DNA of 64,000 nucleotides, from contig MNYS01000008.1 in assembly GCA_001873215.1 (NCBI GenBank), positions 66,657-130,656 on the forward strand, given 5' to 3'. The stretch comes from Candidatus Levybacteria bacterium CG2_30_37_29 (lineage in GTDB: Bacteria; Patescibacteriota; Microgenomatia; Levybacterales; GWA1-39-11). Both the position numbers and the translations under genes were made by a program. How positions within the stretch are numbered: position 1 is the first letter of the stretch; each line of letters starts with the position of its first letter. The notes beneath the pieces are model-generated. The model was given only the letters and a program-made list of their open reading frames with translations, searched no databases and was not told where the DNA came from. This document shows positions 41,344-51,786 of the stretch, in pieces.

Positions 41344-41901
41344 ATGCCGGCTCCAAAACTCGTACAACAAAGCGAAGAAAAAGCAAAAGAAATAATTTCC
41401 TCTGTTTCAAAACAGACGCTTAAAGCCGCGGAGGACGCAGGTCGTGAAGCATTTGCGCAAATGCTTGGAATTCCGCTTCCCGATAAAACAGTCAAACAAA
41501 TTCAGGAACAGGACGCAGCTACATCTGGCGCTCAAATTGCAGAAAGACAAAATGAATTAAGAACAATTGCAAACAACAATAAGCCTTCCGAGCAAATCAC
41601 TCCTGACCAAGCTGAAAGAACAAAACGGGATACGGGATTGACGCATGAAGAAGCGGAGGCAAGACTAAATTCAACACTTTTTCACCAAGCGCAACAGATG
41701 GGACAAACAGAAAAAAATGACCAGCAAAGACGCGAACAACAAAGAGAAAAAGAAGAAGAGGAAGAAAAATTGCGGAAAGAAAGAGAAGAACAAGAAAGAC
41801 TTTCGACTCCCATTTCTCTTCCCGGCGGAAAACGGGCAGGAATGAATCCAACACCGAATCGTGCCTCAACAGGAGAAAAGCTTAAAAACCGCGACGCATA
41901 A
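41344..41901 (+). CDS. Hypothetical highly charged protein (185 aa), Glu/Lys/Arg/Gln-rich
   Basis: REQQREKEEEEEKLRKEREEQERL low-complexity coiled coil. Confidence 0.45.
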   Translation: MPAPKLVQQSEEKAKEIISSVSKQTLKAAEDAGREAFAQMLGIPLPDKTVKQIQEQDAATSGAQIAERQNELRTIANNNKPSEQITPDQAERTKRDTGLTHEEAEARLNSTLFHQAQQMGQTEKNDQQRREQQREKEEEEEKLRKEREEQERLSTPISLPGGKRAGMNPTPNRASTGEKLKNRDA

Positions 41902-41937
41902 AAAGAAATTTTAATATTCTTGTGATAGAATACACGC

Positions 41938-42495
41938 ATGGTGGGAGAAGAGAGATCAAAACCAACACTTCGTATATTTCCTATTGGATCATATTCGTCA
42001 GAAACAGCCTTCAGAAATTTTTTCCCCCGCAAAGAATCTAGAACTGATGAGGAACAAGCACAACATGCTTTTATAAAAGAAATGGAAATTATACATAAGT
42101 ACTATGAAACTACATTTAAATGTAGCGCGCTTATGTCGGAAGTGACTGCAAAAGCCCACCCGTCTCTTCGCGTAAACTTAATACGTATCGGAATGAATTT
42201 TATGCATCACGCTGCACGAATTGAAGCCCAAACAAAAAAAATGCAGCTCCCTCATGTTTCCGAAGACCAGTTAATTAAGTATCTTGCCAATCCCGAACTG
42301 TTTGATATGGATATATCAACAAGAAAAGTAACCAAAGTCTATTATGAACCTATATTGGATAGATTTCACGCACAAGAACAAGGCTTACATCATGTTATGT
42401 CTAGAGAACTAGGACACGAATCTAGCTATGAAAGCTTTGATGTTGGATGTGCACAGATGTGGGACTTTCTCAAAACCGCACCCACGCTTGTTTAA
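41938..42495 (+). CDS. Hypothetical protein (185 aa)
   Basis: Intact ORF with no motif I recognise. Confidence 0.5.
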   Translation: MVGEERSKPTLRIFPIGSYSSETAFRNFFPRKESRTDEEQAQHAFIKEMEIIHKYYETTFKCSALMSEVTAKAHPSLRVNLIRIGMNFMHHAARIEAQTKKMQLPHVSEDQLIKYLANPELFDMDISTRKVTKVYYEPILDRFHAQEQGLHHVMSRELGHESSYESFDVGCAQMWDFLKTAPTLV

Positions 42496-42592
42496 AACTT
42501 TAAAAACCGCGACGCTTAAATTTGATTTCATATATTTTTTTTGAGATAATACATCATACATGAATAGCATGAAAACAAATAAAATTCATCAT

Positions 42593-42623
42593 CTTACCGC
42601 GAGAAACGGCGGTAAGGTTTATT
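42593..42623 (+). terminator. Terminator-like hairpin
   Basis: cttaccgc-gagaaacg-gcggtaag, an 8-bp stem, then gtttattt. Confidence 0.45.
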
Positions 42624-42656
42624 TGGCCTAAAATTTAGTAAATAAACTTTTTTATA

Positions 42657-42679
42657 CCGCCGAAAGGCGGTTTTTTATT
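42657..42679 (+). terminator. Rho-independent terminator
   Basis: ccgcc-gaaa-ggcgg followed by ttttttatt. Confidence 0.6.
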
Positions 42680-42691
42680 GGCAAAAAAACT

Positions 42692-43597
42692 ATGAAGAAA
42701 ATAAAAAATATATTTATAGATACGGATATGGGAAATGACGATATTATGGCAATATCGCTTTTGCTTTTATCAAATCGTGTCAAAGTTACGGGTTTCAGCA
42801 CGGTTTTTGGAGTATCAAGTACAAGAAAAGGGGCGCTAAACCTTTATAATTTAATCAGTTATTACAAACTGACAATTCCGGTAATAGTGGGTTCGGCAAA
42901 ATCTTCAAACAATAATACAAGAGCATTTCCAACATTTGACAGAAAACGGGCGGAAAATCTTATTCTTCTGCCCTATTTTCAGAAAACGATTAAGAGTATT
43001 AAAAGAAAGAATAATTATGAAAAAATTATATTTGAAAAATTACAAAATAATACAACAATTATTGCGCTTGGGCCGCTTACAAATATTGCTAACTTAATAA
43101 CTAAATACGGAGACTGTTTTACAAACAAAATAAACGAGATTTTTGTCATGGCCGGCGGAATTTATAGCGGAAATGTTCCACCTGAAAAAATTGCAGAATA
43201 TAATATTCTGCTTGATCCAAAAGCAGCAAATATAGTATTTTCTTCAAAAATTCCAATTAAAATGATTGGAATAGATGCTGCACGTTTTGCTCCGGCAACA
43301 CAAGAGTTTAAAAATAAAGTTGTAAACATAAAACAAAAATCACGTCAAGGTAAGATTATAAAGAGCATAATTCTAAATAATAATGCCGACTTCGATTTTT
43401 TCTATGATCCTCTTGCTGTTTCGATATTTTTGGATCAAAAAATTATTAAACAAAGCTTAAAAGGATTTATACATGTGTCTAAAAAAGGAAAGAATACCGA
43501 ACAGACTATATTTAACAGAAGCGAAAATGGAAATGTTAGGGTTATTTTAAGAATTAACTCCAGCAGATTTTATAAATTAATTTCCGACAATATATAA
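42692..43597 (+). CDS. Inosine-uridine preferring nucleoside hydrolase family
   Basis: N-terminal DTDMGNDDIMAI, the DxDxxxDD calcium-binding motif. Confidence 0.85.
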   Translation: MKKIKNIFIDTDMGNDDIMAISLLLLSNRVKVTGFSTVFGVSSTRKGALNLYNLISYYKLTIPVIVGSAKSSNNNTRAFPTFDRKRAENLILLPYFQKTIKSIKRKNNYEKIIFEKLQNNTTIIALGPLTNIANLITKYGDCFTNKINEIFVMAGGIYSGNVPPEKIAEYNILLDPKAANIVFSSKIPIKMIGIDAARFAPATQEFKNKVVNIKQKSRQGKIIKSIILNNNADFDFFYDPLAVSIFLDQKIIKQSLKGFIHVSKKGKNTEQTIFNRSENGNVRVILRINSSRFYKLISDNI

Positions 43598-43616
43598 TTC
43601 AATAAACAAATTTGAT

Positions 43617-44852
43617 ATGATAAAGAATATGATCCAACCCAGAACATTGAAAGGCTTTCGAGACTTCCTTCCGAAGGAAGTAAGGAAACGAAATTATGTT
43701 ATTGAAACGCTGAAACGCGTGTTTGAATCTTATGGATTTGAACCTTTAGAAACGCCAAGCTTGGAATATGAAGATATTCTTCTTGGAAAGTACGGTGAAG
43801 AAGGAGATAAATTAATGTACCGTTTTGAGGATAATGGAGGACGTCGTGTAGCTTTAAGATATGATCAAACAGTACCGCTGGCAAGGGTTGTTGCGCAGTA
43901 TCAAAATGACCTTCCTCTACCCTTCAAGCGTTATCAAATTTCAAATGTCTGGCGCGCCGAGAATACGCAAAAGGGACGCTATCGTGAATTCTTGCAGTGT
44001 GACGCAGACATAATTGGTACAAGTTCTGTTATCGCAGACGCGGAGCTTTTGGGTTTAGTAATTGATATTTATAAAGAGCTGAAACTTGATGTAATAATAA
44101 AAATAAATGATCGTGCAAATTTTGAGAGCTTAGATAAAAAATACGTTTCAGTAATCGATAAGCTCGAAAAACTTGGAGAAAGCACAGTACTTTCGGAGAT
44201 GATTGAAAAAGGAATGAGTGACGCTGACGCACGCAGCACCCTTAAGTCTCTTCAAGACAAACCCATGACAGAAAACCTAAAACAGGTTTTAGATGTTTTA
44301 GAATCTATGGGAAAAGATACATCAAAAGTACAATACGAACCTACTCTCGCAAGAGGATTAGATTACTATACGGGAATGATATTTGAAACAATTGCTCAAA
44401 ATAGCGCAGGTTCTATTTGCAGTGGAGGAAGATGGGATAAAATGATTGGACTATTTACAGGACAAAATCAGCCGGCGGTTGGATTTGGTCTTGGATTTGA
44501 CAGAACAGTTGAAGTTCTGGAAGAACAAAATTTGTTACCAAAAAAATTTGCAACAACACAAGTTCTTGTCAGTATTCCCTCAAACAAACTTAAACAAACA
44601 ACACTAAAAATAACTTCTATGCTTAGGTCAAAAAATATAAATGCCGAGACTTGGCTTGATGAATCAAAACTTGAAAAACAATTTAAATACGCCGAGAAAA
44701 AAGAAATTCCTTATGTGGTTGTTCCTATTGATGATAAAACAGTCGAACTTCGGACAAAATCTCAGGCCCCGAGCCGCTCCGCTACGGGGCAGGCAGGAGA
44801 AATTGTCAAAAAGATTGTTGAACTAAACTCACTACCAAATGAGATTAAGTAA
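43617..44852 (+). CDS. hisS: Histidyl-tRNA synthetase
   Basis: Class II aaRS. Motif 1 region LKGFRDFLP; ALRYDQTVPLARV; GGRWDKMIGLF; C-terminal anticodon-binding domain. Confidence 0.9.
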   Translation: MIKNMIQPRTLKGFRDFLPKEVRKRNYVIETLKRVFESYGFEPLETPSLEYEDILLGKYGEEGDKLMYRFEDNGGRRVALRYDQTVPLARVVAQYQNDLPLPFKRYQISNVWRAENTQKGRYREFLQCDADIIGTSSVIADAELLGLVIDIYKELKLDVIIKINDRANFESLDKKYVSVIDKLEKLGESTVLSEMIEKGMSDADARSTLKSLQDKPMTENLKQVLDVLESMGKDTSKVQYEPTLARGLDYYTGMIFETIAQNSAGSICSGGRWDKMIGLFTGQNQPAVGFGLGFDRTVEVLEEQNLLPKKFATTQVLVSIPSNKLKQTTLKITSMLRSKNINAETWLDESKLEKQFKYAEKKEIPYVVVPIDDKTVELRTKSQAPSRSATGQAGEIVKKIVELNSLPNEIK

Positions 44853-45765
44853 ATTCAAAACTGCCGTTGTCGCGCTTATCATCGCCAATATTATTTGGGG
44901 CGCGGCTCCGCCTATCTTTAAATGGTCTCTGCAATCTACCGGCATTTTTACTCTTGCTTATCTTCGGTTTTTACTCGCAACCATTATCATATTTCCTTTT
45001 GCAATTAAGTATTTAAGTGTCAGAAAATCGGACATTATAAATTTCCTACTTCTTGGCATTGTAGGTGTTGGAGCAAACATAGCATTTTTCTTTTTCGGAT
45101 TAAAATTTGCGCCAAGCATCAATGCAACAATCATAGGAAGCGCAGGACCTATTTTTCTTATTTTTATTTCTGTGTTTTATCTGAAAGAAAAAGTCAAAAA
45201 GAAATTTATAATAGGTTCAGTCATTGGCCTTATCGGCGTACTTATCGTTATGTTAAAACCACTTTTATTCAATCACGGAACAGAAATTGCAGCACTTGGA
45301 AACTTGTTATTTTTTGTAACTATGCTTGGCGGACTCACTCATATAATTTTTGGGAGAAAACTTATTAAAAATTACCACCCGGTAACTCTAACTTTTTATT
45401 CTTTTATAATAGCAACCTTTTGTTTTCTACCTTTTTTCATACAAGAAAATATCTCTTCTCCATTTCTTGCAAATCCGGATAATTTCCGATTGATTATTGG
45501 TGTTGTTTTTGGTGCGATTTTTACTTCAGTTATCGCTTATTATCTTTTCTTCTGGGCAGTAAAGTACATGCCGGCTTCACAAACAGGAGTATTTATCTAT
45601 TTAGATCCTGTTATTGCAATTATTATTGCAATTCCACTTCTTAACGAATTTCCCGATGAATTCTTTGTCGCGGGAGCATTTCTTGTATTTTTGGGAATTT
45701 ACATTGCGGAAGGACGATTACATTATCATCCACTTCACTTACTTGGCCGCAAAAAAAATATGTAA
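44839..45765 (+). CDS. EamA/DMT family transporter
   Basis: 10 TM helices in two EamA repeats. Confidence 0.75.
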   Translation: MRLSKFKTAVVALIIANIIWGAAPPIFKWSLQSTGIFTLAYLRFLLATIIIFPFAIKYLSVRKSDIINFLLLGIVGVGANIAFFFFGLKFAPSINATIIGSAGPIFLIFISVFYLKEKVKKKFIIGSVIGLIGVLIVMLKPLLFNHGTEIAALGNLLFFVTMLGGLTHIIFGRKLIKNYHPVTLTFYSFIIATFCFLPFFIQENISSPFLANPDNFRLIIGVVFGAIFTSVIAYYLFFWAVKYMPASQTGVFIYLDPVIAIIIAIPLLNEFPDEFFVAGAFLVFLGIYIAEGRLHYHPLHLLGRKKNM

Positions 45766-46194
45766 TTCTTGTTGTGTTAGATTTATTTTAGCAACGATTG
45801 CCATGCGTTCTTTGTTTAATTCGACTTGAGACAAACTATGCTCTTCATAAAATGAATAAACAAGACCCGAGTATTCGCCTAACACCTCTGGTTGTTTTGC
45901 CCGATACGCTCTTACTCCAATAAGAGCTTCTAGGTTAAAAAGAATTTCACGCGGAGGAATTTCTTTATTTTCTTGTCTGTAAGCTTGCCTAATTTTCCTT
46001 TCAATAGCATCATCCTTTTTAACCCATTTTCTCGCTACAAATTGATTTAAGAGAGGAATAAATTTTGGATCAAGATTTTCGAATGGAATTCCACGTGCGG
46101 CACAAATTGATAAAATATCCTCTTTTTGCGGGCTTTCAACTGAGGACGCGGAATCATCGATTACGAACGGGCCTTCTTTTGATTGTTCAAGCAT
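45739..46194 (-). CDS. Hypothetical protein (151 aa)
   Basis: No recognised motif. Convergent 27-nt overlap with the EamA gene. Confidence 0.45.
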   Translation of the reverse strand: MLEQSKEGPFVIDDSASSVESPQKEDILSICAARGIPFENLDPKFIPLLNQFVARKWVKKDDAIERKIRQAYRQENKEIPPREILFNLEALIGVRAYRAKQPEVLGEYSGLVYSFYEEHSLSQVELNKERMAIVAKINLTQQELHIFFAAK

Positions 46195-46252
46195 GTCCCA
46201 CCTACTTTAAAGCATTGCTTTTTAGGCGTCGTTAGTATAGAATATTTCAAGT

Positions 46253-46540
46253 ATGAAAGCAAGTATTCACCCACAATACAATCCTATTGCTAATGTTGTC
46301 TGCTCTTGCGGCAACAGTTTTACTGTGGGATCAACAAAAGATAAGGTCCATGTAGAGCTTTGCAATAAATGTCACCCCTTTTATACAGGGCAGCAAAGAT
46401 TTGTTGACAGTGCGTCAAGAATAGAAAAATTCAGAATCAAACAGGAAGCAGCCAAACCTTTAAAAACCAAGAAAGATGAAGAAAAAGAAGCAAGGCAACC
46501 CCAGACCCTTCGCGAAATGCTTGAGGCTTTAAAAAAATAG
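46253..46540 (+). CDS. rpmE: 50S ribosomal protein L31 with extended Lys-rich C-terminus
   Basis: MKASIHPQY...CSCGNSF...[10 protein letters not shown]. Confidence 0.85.
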   Translation: MKASIHPQYNPIANVVCSCGNSFTVGSTKDKVHVELCNKCHPFYTGQQRFVDSASRIEKFRIKQEAAKPLKTKKDEEKEARQPQTLREMLEALKK

Positions 46541-46564
46541 CGAAATTATCCTATTTACAACACA

Positions 46565-47494
46565 ATGGAATCCTTTATCCAAGAACAAATAGAGCTAATT
46601 GATGGAAAAATCCGGGAAGCAAAGCTTTTACTTTCAGATCCGGACCTCTCCTCTCTTGCCATAGAAGAAATTAAGGATTTGGAAAAACAAAAAGAAGAGA
46701 TGCAAAAAGCCGGAGAAAATTCTAAAGATTATTCTACTTCAAGCTCTCCGTCCGACACATCAAGTCTTGATTTCCGTAACGCAATTATTGAAATAAAAGG
46801 GGCGGCCGGAGGGGATGAATCAAAACTTTTTGCAAATGAATTGCTAAGAATGTACCAACGTTTTGCCGCGGTAAAAAAATTTCACGTTGAGCAACTTGAC
46901 GAATATACAATAAAAATAATAGGTCGAAACGTTTTTGGATTATTCAAGTATGAAGCAGGCGTTCATAGAGTTCAAAGAGTACCTGAAACAGAAAAGCGCG
47001 GCCGCGTACATACATCAACTGTTGTAGTTTCGCTTTTACCGGAACTTGAAGATATTGATCTCCATATAAATCCTGACGATATTGAATTTGAAGCGTACAG
47101 AGCCGGAGGCCATGGCGGTCAAAATGTAAATAAAGTTTCAACAGCTGTAAGATTGAAACATAAACCTACAGGAATTGTTGTAACTTGCCAAACAGAACGC
47201 CACCAAAATCAAAACCGAGAGAATGCGATGAAAGTTTTGCGTGCAAAATTGTGGGAAATGGAAGTTGAAAAACAAAATAAGATAATTGCAGAGCTTAAAT
47301 CAACACAGGTTGGAAAAGGCATGAGAGCTGAAAAAATCCGCACTTACAATTTTCCGCAAGATAGACTTACAGACCACAGAATAAACAAATCGTATCATAA
47401 TCTACCCGTTATAATGGACGGCGGACTTGAAAAAGTCATAGCAGACCTTAAATTTTCAGAACAGGAAGAGAAAACAAATGCTGAAGAAGCTTAA
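46565..47494 (+). CDS. prfA: Peptide chain release factor 1
   Basis: GGQ motif ([17 protein letters not shown]); [17 protein letters not shown], with PET (a PxT-type) rather than SPF. Confidence 0.8.
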   Translation: MESFIQEQIELIDGKIREAKLLLSDPDLSSLAIEEIKDLEKQKEEMQKAGENSKDYSTSSSPSDTSSLDFRNAIIEIKGAAGGDESKLFANELLRMYQRFAAVKKFHVEQLDEYTIKIIGRNVFGLFKYEAGVHRVQRVPETEKRGRVHTSTVVVSLLPELEDIDLHINPDDIEFEAYRAGGHGGQNVNKVSTAVRLKHKPTGIVVTCQTERHQNQNRENAMKVLRAKLWEMEVEKQNKIIAELKSTQVGKGMRAEKIRTYNFPQDRLTDHRINKSYHNLPVIMDGGLEKVIADLKFSEQEEKTNAEEA

Positions 47495-47496
47495 GA

Positions 47497-48501
47497 CTAA
47501 ATACTTTTTAGAACTTCAACAACCTGCTCAAGGGTAAGTTTTGTGCCGTTCATTTCCGGGTTTTTTGTACTTCCGTTTAAAAGCATACGACCGGAAACAT
47601 GATTATACCAAGTTGCATCCGGATCCATTTTTTTTAGCTTTTCATAGACCGGTGTTAAATCAACATCCACATCTTCATAAACACCTTTTGGAAAAAATTT
47701 ACCACTTCTTCTTTTAGGCCTAGCTTTTATTCTAATAGAATTTGTAGCAGGATCTTTTCTGACCGAGATTACATACCCCACTTGCTGTGCATGCTTAAGA
47801 ACCGTATCGTTTAAGGTCTCAATCGCTATTCCTTTTCCCCATCGGGTCTCAAATTTTATTCCTTTTTCTTTTATTTCCTCTTCTGCCCAAATCTTATTTT
47901 CAAAATAATGATATGCCGCGTCCATCATGTCGTGACCAAATCTTAGACAGGTCGCATCGTCTTTTGGGTATTGAAGTTTTATTCCGTGAATAAGAGAAAC
48001 AATTGAAAAATCATATGTTTCGGTCATTGGGTTTTGGTAGAAAACTTCTTGAAAATGGTCATCGTCTATAACATAATCAACCATCCGTCTTAAAGCTTCT
48101 TTCTTTTGCGGATTTTTTGCAATTGGACTTCCGTTTTCAAGAACGTAATCAAAAGCTCGACTTGTCGCGCAGACATTATCATCGTTTGTTTGATGATGAT
48201 CAAGTGGTCCCATTCCGGTATCCGTATGTATTACTTCTGCGCCGTCAACGACTTCAATTGCCTCACCTTCTTTAGTATACGTACCTTTAAATTTACTTCC
48301 TGCGGGGACAAAATCAATAACAGCATTGTCCCATCCTGGTAAAAATTTTTTTATAATCCAAGAACTAGCAATAGCATCCAAATCACTGGCTTTGTGCGTA
48401 ACAATTCGTTTCATTTTGATTAAACAGTATAGCTCACTTTTCCTAACTTGACAAGCAAGCAAAAACCGTCCTATGATTAATACATGGATGACAAAAAGCA
48501 A
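47497..48501 (-). CDS. DHH-family phosphoesterase (NrnA-like)
   Basis: DLDAIAS motif (motif I) and TDTGMGPLDHH (the DHH motif). The true start is probably the internal Met at 48414. Confidence 0.55.
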   Translation of the reverse strand: MLFVIHVLIIGRFLLACQVRKSELYCLIKMKRIVTHKASDLDAIASSWIIKKFLPGWDNAVIDFVPAGSKFKGTYTKEGEAIEVVDGAEVIHTDTGMGPLDHHQTNDDNVCATSRAFDYVLENGSPIAKNPQKKEALRRMVDYVIDDDHFQEVFYQNPMTETYDFSIVSLIHGIKLQYPKDDATCLRFGHDMMDAAYHYFENKIWAEEEIKEKGIKFETRWGKGIAIETLNDTVLKHAQQVGYVISVRKDPATNSIRIKARPKRRSGKFFPKGVYEDVDVDLTPVYEKLKKMDPDATWYNHVSGRMLLNGSTKNPEMNGTKLTLEQVVEVLKSI

Positions 48502-48939
48502 GGACTCACCCCGGAGTTAAAACAAATCTATGAAAGGGTTATGAATACTCCGGCAAGCTCTACGCCAGCTCCGGCGGCACAGCCCGTTGTTCCACCTCAA
48601 ACACCTCCTCCTGTCACCACACCCCCTCAAGCGCAGCAAGCAGCTCCTCTTACACCTCCTCCTACGATTCAGACAGGCCCTGCACCAGCAACAAATATAA
48701 ATATTACTCTTCCACCAAGTCCATCACCTCGTGCATTAAATGATACGGGGACCTCAAAACCTTTTGTTTTTTCATCCGATGTAAAAAAGCCCGGAGGTTC
48801 ACAACCAGTAGATACTAACCGAGCGGTTATGGCAAAAAAAGAAGGGAAAAAACTTTCAGTAAAAATAATAATACTTCTTGTTGTGGTGTTAATTATAGTC
48901 TGGGGTGTTTTCTGGGCAAAATTCTTTAAATTTTTCTAA
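48484..48939 (+). CDS. Hypothetical Pro-rich protein with C-terminal TM anchor (151 aa)
   Basis: PPQTPPPVTTPPQAQQAAPLTPPPT; C-terminal IIILLVVVLIIVWGVFWAKFF. Confidence 0.4.
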   Translation: MDDKKQGLTPELKQIYERVMNTPASSTPAPAAQPVVPPQTPPPVTTPPQAQQAAPLTPPPTIQTGPAPATNINITLPPSPSPRALNDTGTSKPFVFSSDVKKPGGSQPVDTNRAVMAKKEGKKLSVKIIILLVVVLIIVWGVFWAKFFKFF

Positions 48940-50156
48940 ACAAATAATTTTTCAAAAGAAACGATTTCTGTTTTTTCCTCATTTCTTTTTTTAACTTCCA
49001 CTTTTCCAGCGCCCGTTTTTGGTGAAACAACAAGACGTGTAGGAATACCAATTAAATCAGCATCCGCAAATTTTTCACCGGCGCCTATATCTCTATCATC
49101 ATATAAAACTTCAAATCCCTTTTCTGTTAATTTTTTGTAAACTTCTTCTGCCCCGCTTTCTCCAATACCAATAAGATGAAATTGAAACGGCGCAACACTC
49201 TCAGGCCAAATAAGACCCCGGTCATCATGAAACACTTCTGCCAACACACCAATCATACGTGTTATACCAATCCCATAACTTCCCAGATATACATATTGTT
49301 TTTCACCTTTATCGTTGACAAATGACACATTCATTTTTTCGCTGTATGCTGTTCCGAATCTAAAAATATTTCCAACTTCAATAGCTTTTACTTTTTGAAG
49401 CGGCCCGTGTCCTAAATCACACTGCTTTCCCTCAAGCTTTTCAGGCTCTTTTATAATCTCCATATTTTGGGAGAAGTCTCCTCCCGGACAGTAAATTATT
49501 TCATCCTCCCCCGTTTCTGCAACTACCTGAAACTCATGGGTAACATTATCAGTAAAAACACCGCCCGCAGCTTCTGTAACTACTGAGGAAAGACCAAATC
49601 TTTTAAAAACTTTCAGATATGTTTCTTTTACTTTCTCGTAATAATTATCGAGATCCTCCTGAGAGGTATGCGCGCTGTATAAATCTTTCATTAAGAATTC
49701 GCGCCCGCGTAAAATTCCGGATTTAGCCCGCAGCTCACTTCTAAATTTTGTTGAAAAATGATAAAGCATAATTGGAAGATCTTTGTAGGAATTGATGTGT
49801 TTTCTTATTAGATCAAGAAATATCTCTTCATGAGTAAAGGATAGCGCAAATTCTTTATCCTGCTTTTCTAATTTATACATTACTTCATCTGCTTTATCCC
49901 AACGTCCCGTTTCATTCCAGACAGATTTTGGGTGCAAAAGCGGCATTAAAATCTCCTCTGCTCCCGTATCATTCATCTCTTCCCGAACTATTTGTTCAAT
50001 CTTTCTTTCAATCCGTTTTCCCAAAGGAAGAAGACTGTAGGACCCTGCCATTAGCTTATCTATAAATCCCCCGCGAAGTAAAAGTTTGGCGTTCACCGCT
50101 ACCTCATCAGCCGGCGCTTCCTTAATAGTTTTTGGAAAAAGTTTGGAATACAGCAT
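48936..50156 (-). CDS. proS: Prolyl-tRNA synthetase (short form, no editing insertion)
   Basis: Class II aaRS. LLLRGGFIDKLMAGSYSLLPLGKRIERKIEQIVREEMN; motifs 2 and 3; anticodon-binding C-terminus. Confidence 0.9.
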   Translation of the reverse strand: MLYSKLFPKTIKEAPADEVAVNAKLLLRGGFIDKLMAGSYSLLPLGKRIERKIEQIVREEMNDTGAEEILMPLLHPKSVWNETGRWDKADEVMYKLEKQDKEFALSFTHEEIFLDLIRKHINSYKDLPIMLYHFSTKFRSELRAKSGILRGREFLMKDLYSAHTSQEDLDNYYEKVKETYLKVFKRFGLSSVVTEAAGGVFTDNVTHEFQVVAETGEDEIIYCPGGDFSQNMEIIKEPEKLEGKQCDLGHGPLQKVKAIEVGNIFRFGTAYSEKMNVSFVNDKGEKQYVYLGSYGIGITRMIGVLAEVFHDDRGLIWPESVAPFQFHLIGIGESGAEEVYKKLTEKGFEVLYDDRDIGAGEKFADADLIGIPTRLVVSPKTGAGKVEVKKRNEEKTEIVSFEKLFV

Positions 50157-50174
50157 ATTCCAAGTATATCGGGC

Positions 50175-50822
50175 TTATGCTGCTTTTTCAACAGGTTTAT
50201 TATTATCTTCCCTCTCTGTTTCAGGATCTATCACTTCTTGCAGTAAGCGCCCCATCAGAAGTATCAAAATCTCCAAAAGGCTCTTTTTCTTCTTTTCATC
50301 CTTCTCTTCTTCAATCAGTTTTTTCAAAACTTTCAAAACCTGAACTAATTCATACCCGGTTTTAAGAATCATATCTAAATGTTCCTGAGTTTTTTCAAGC
50401 CTTTCGGTCAAATCAGCATTTTTTGACAAAAGCTCGGAGACCCTACTTTCCAGATCTTCCACTTTTTGGTCTAATGGATTTGACTCTTTCTCAACATCCC
50501 CATCTCGTATTTCTTCTTGCGGTTGGTTTTTGTCTGTTTTCATAGATTCTTCATCTTCTTCAAATCCATCGCCTGCAAATTTTTCAAGAGCAATATCAGC
50601 TCCTTCACTTTTTGCAGAATCAAAAAGTCTGTCGGCTACGCTTTTATTTTGTTTTTGCTGACCTAATTGAACGTCAGCTTGAGCCTCCGGATTTCCTGCT
50701 TTATCAATGCTTAATTCTCCAATATCTTCTTTAAACCCACCCGTACTTTCCGGACCAGAATTGTTTTGTGTAACCGCAACCGGAACGTTATTTGTCATCG
50801 GTACTCCTTCCATTCCTTCCAT
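50175..50822 (-). CDS. Hypothetical acidic coiled-coil protein with Leu-rich C-terminal helix (215 aa); paralog of 51787-52638
   Basis: Acidic N-terminal region; heptad coiled coil; EKKKKSLLEILILLMGRLLQEVI. Start overlaps the upstream stop (TAATG). Confidence 0.5.
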   Translation of the reverse strand: MEGMEGVPMTNNVPVAVTQNNSGPESTGGFKEDIGELSIDKAGNPEAQADVQLGQQKQNKSVADRLFDSAKSEGADIALEKFAGDGFEEDEESMKTDKNQPQEEIRDGDVEKESNPLDQKVEDLESRVSELLSKNADLTERLEKTQEHLDMILKTGYELVQVLKVLKKLIEEEKDEKKKKSLLEILILLMGRLLQEVIDPETEREDNNKPVEKAA

Positions 50823-51130
50823 TAATTTTCACCACCCTTCAATTCATCCTTAACTCGTTTCAAACCTTCTTCTACAAAAAATTTGTCAAAATTATTTGCT
50901 TGTTTGATAAATACATCATTTACTTCCGCATATCTTTTTGATAACTCAAATAAACCCTTAAAAATATCATCTGTGTTTTCATATTTACAAGCATCAATTA
51001 CTTCACGCGCTAATTGTTTTGCATGTCCTACTCCAATTTCAGAATATTTCAGTTTTAAAACAATCATAAGTAATATGTCTCTTTTAATATCTTTTGTTAT
51101 TATTTGAATTTGATTGTCAATATTTTTCAT
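50822..51130 (-). CDS. Hypothetical small helical protein (102 aa); paralog of 52631-52984
   Basis: Shares D.L..IV..LK / A.QLA.E / SKY.E..DV.VK / C-terminal KGG with the 117-aa protein. Confidence 0.5.
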   Translation of the reverse strand: MKNIDNQIQIITKDIKRDILLMIVLKLKYSEIGVGHAKQLAREVIDACKYENTDDIFKGLFELSKRYAEVNDVFIKQANNFDKFFVEEGLKRVKDELKGGEN

Positions 51131-51132
51131 TT

Positions 51133-51417
51133 TTACCCCGTTGTTTCATTTATTTTTTCTTTGGTTTCTTTTGCTTTTCGTTCTTCCTCTTCTTTTTTTT
51201 CAGCGGCCAATTCAGCTTCTCGCAATTCCATTTCTAATTCCCTTGCCTCTTCCTCCGCCTCTTTCCCTTCAAGCTCAATTTTTGCAACCTGTTGGCGGGC
51301 TTGTTGTTTCATCTCGCCAATATCCACTCTGTTTTCTTTTGTAAGTATTTGATCTTTCTGTATCATGACTGCAGTATAGAAGTATTTGGAAGACCAATCT
51401 TGATATAAAGAACACAA
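51133..51417 (-). CDS. Hypothetical charged coiled-coil protein
   Basis: EGKEAEEEARELEMELREAELAAEKKEEEERKAKETKEK. The true start is probably the internal Met (MIQKDQ...). Confidence 0.4.
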   Translation of the reverse strand: MCSLYQDWSSKYFYTAVMIQKDQILTKENRVDIGEMKQQARQQVAKIELEGKEAEEEARELEMELREAELAAEKKEEEERKAKETKEKINETTG

Positions 51418-51485
51418 TTACATCACAGCCTCCTAACTAAGAGGGTTTTGACAATTAAAGCTGGAAAGAATATAATTCGTGAACA

Positions 51486-51773
51486 ATGAGAAGTCCAGAA
51501 CATCAGAGCATATCGGAAGAATTTGAGCAATTTGCAAAAACTCCCGTTGCGTTAGTTCTCTTAGTAACAGGAGCAATTCTTGGACCGGGAGCAATACTTC
51601 ATGCAATCGATTTAATTGATCAAGATAAAATCCAAAAAGCTCTTTGGTATACAGCTGCGGGGACAGGAGAAATTACTGCTGCAGGAGCTATTGTCTTTGC
51701 TAACATGAAAGCGAAGGCAAGGCCTAGGTCTTTTGAGAATCCTCAATCTCCAGAACAATCAAACCGGAAATAG
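51486..51773 (+). CDS. Hypothetical small 2-TM protein (95 aa)
   Basis: Two hydrophobic helices. It is the only ORF covering this gap and lies opposite to the flanking genes. Confidence 0.35.
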   Translation: MRSPEHQSISEEFEQFAKTPVALVLLVTGAILGPGAILHAIDLIDQDKIQKALWYTAAGTGEITAAGAIVFANMKAKARPRSFENPQSPEQSNRK

Positions 51774-51786
51774 ATAACCTCATTTA

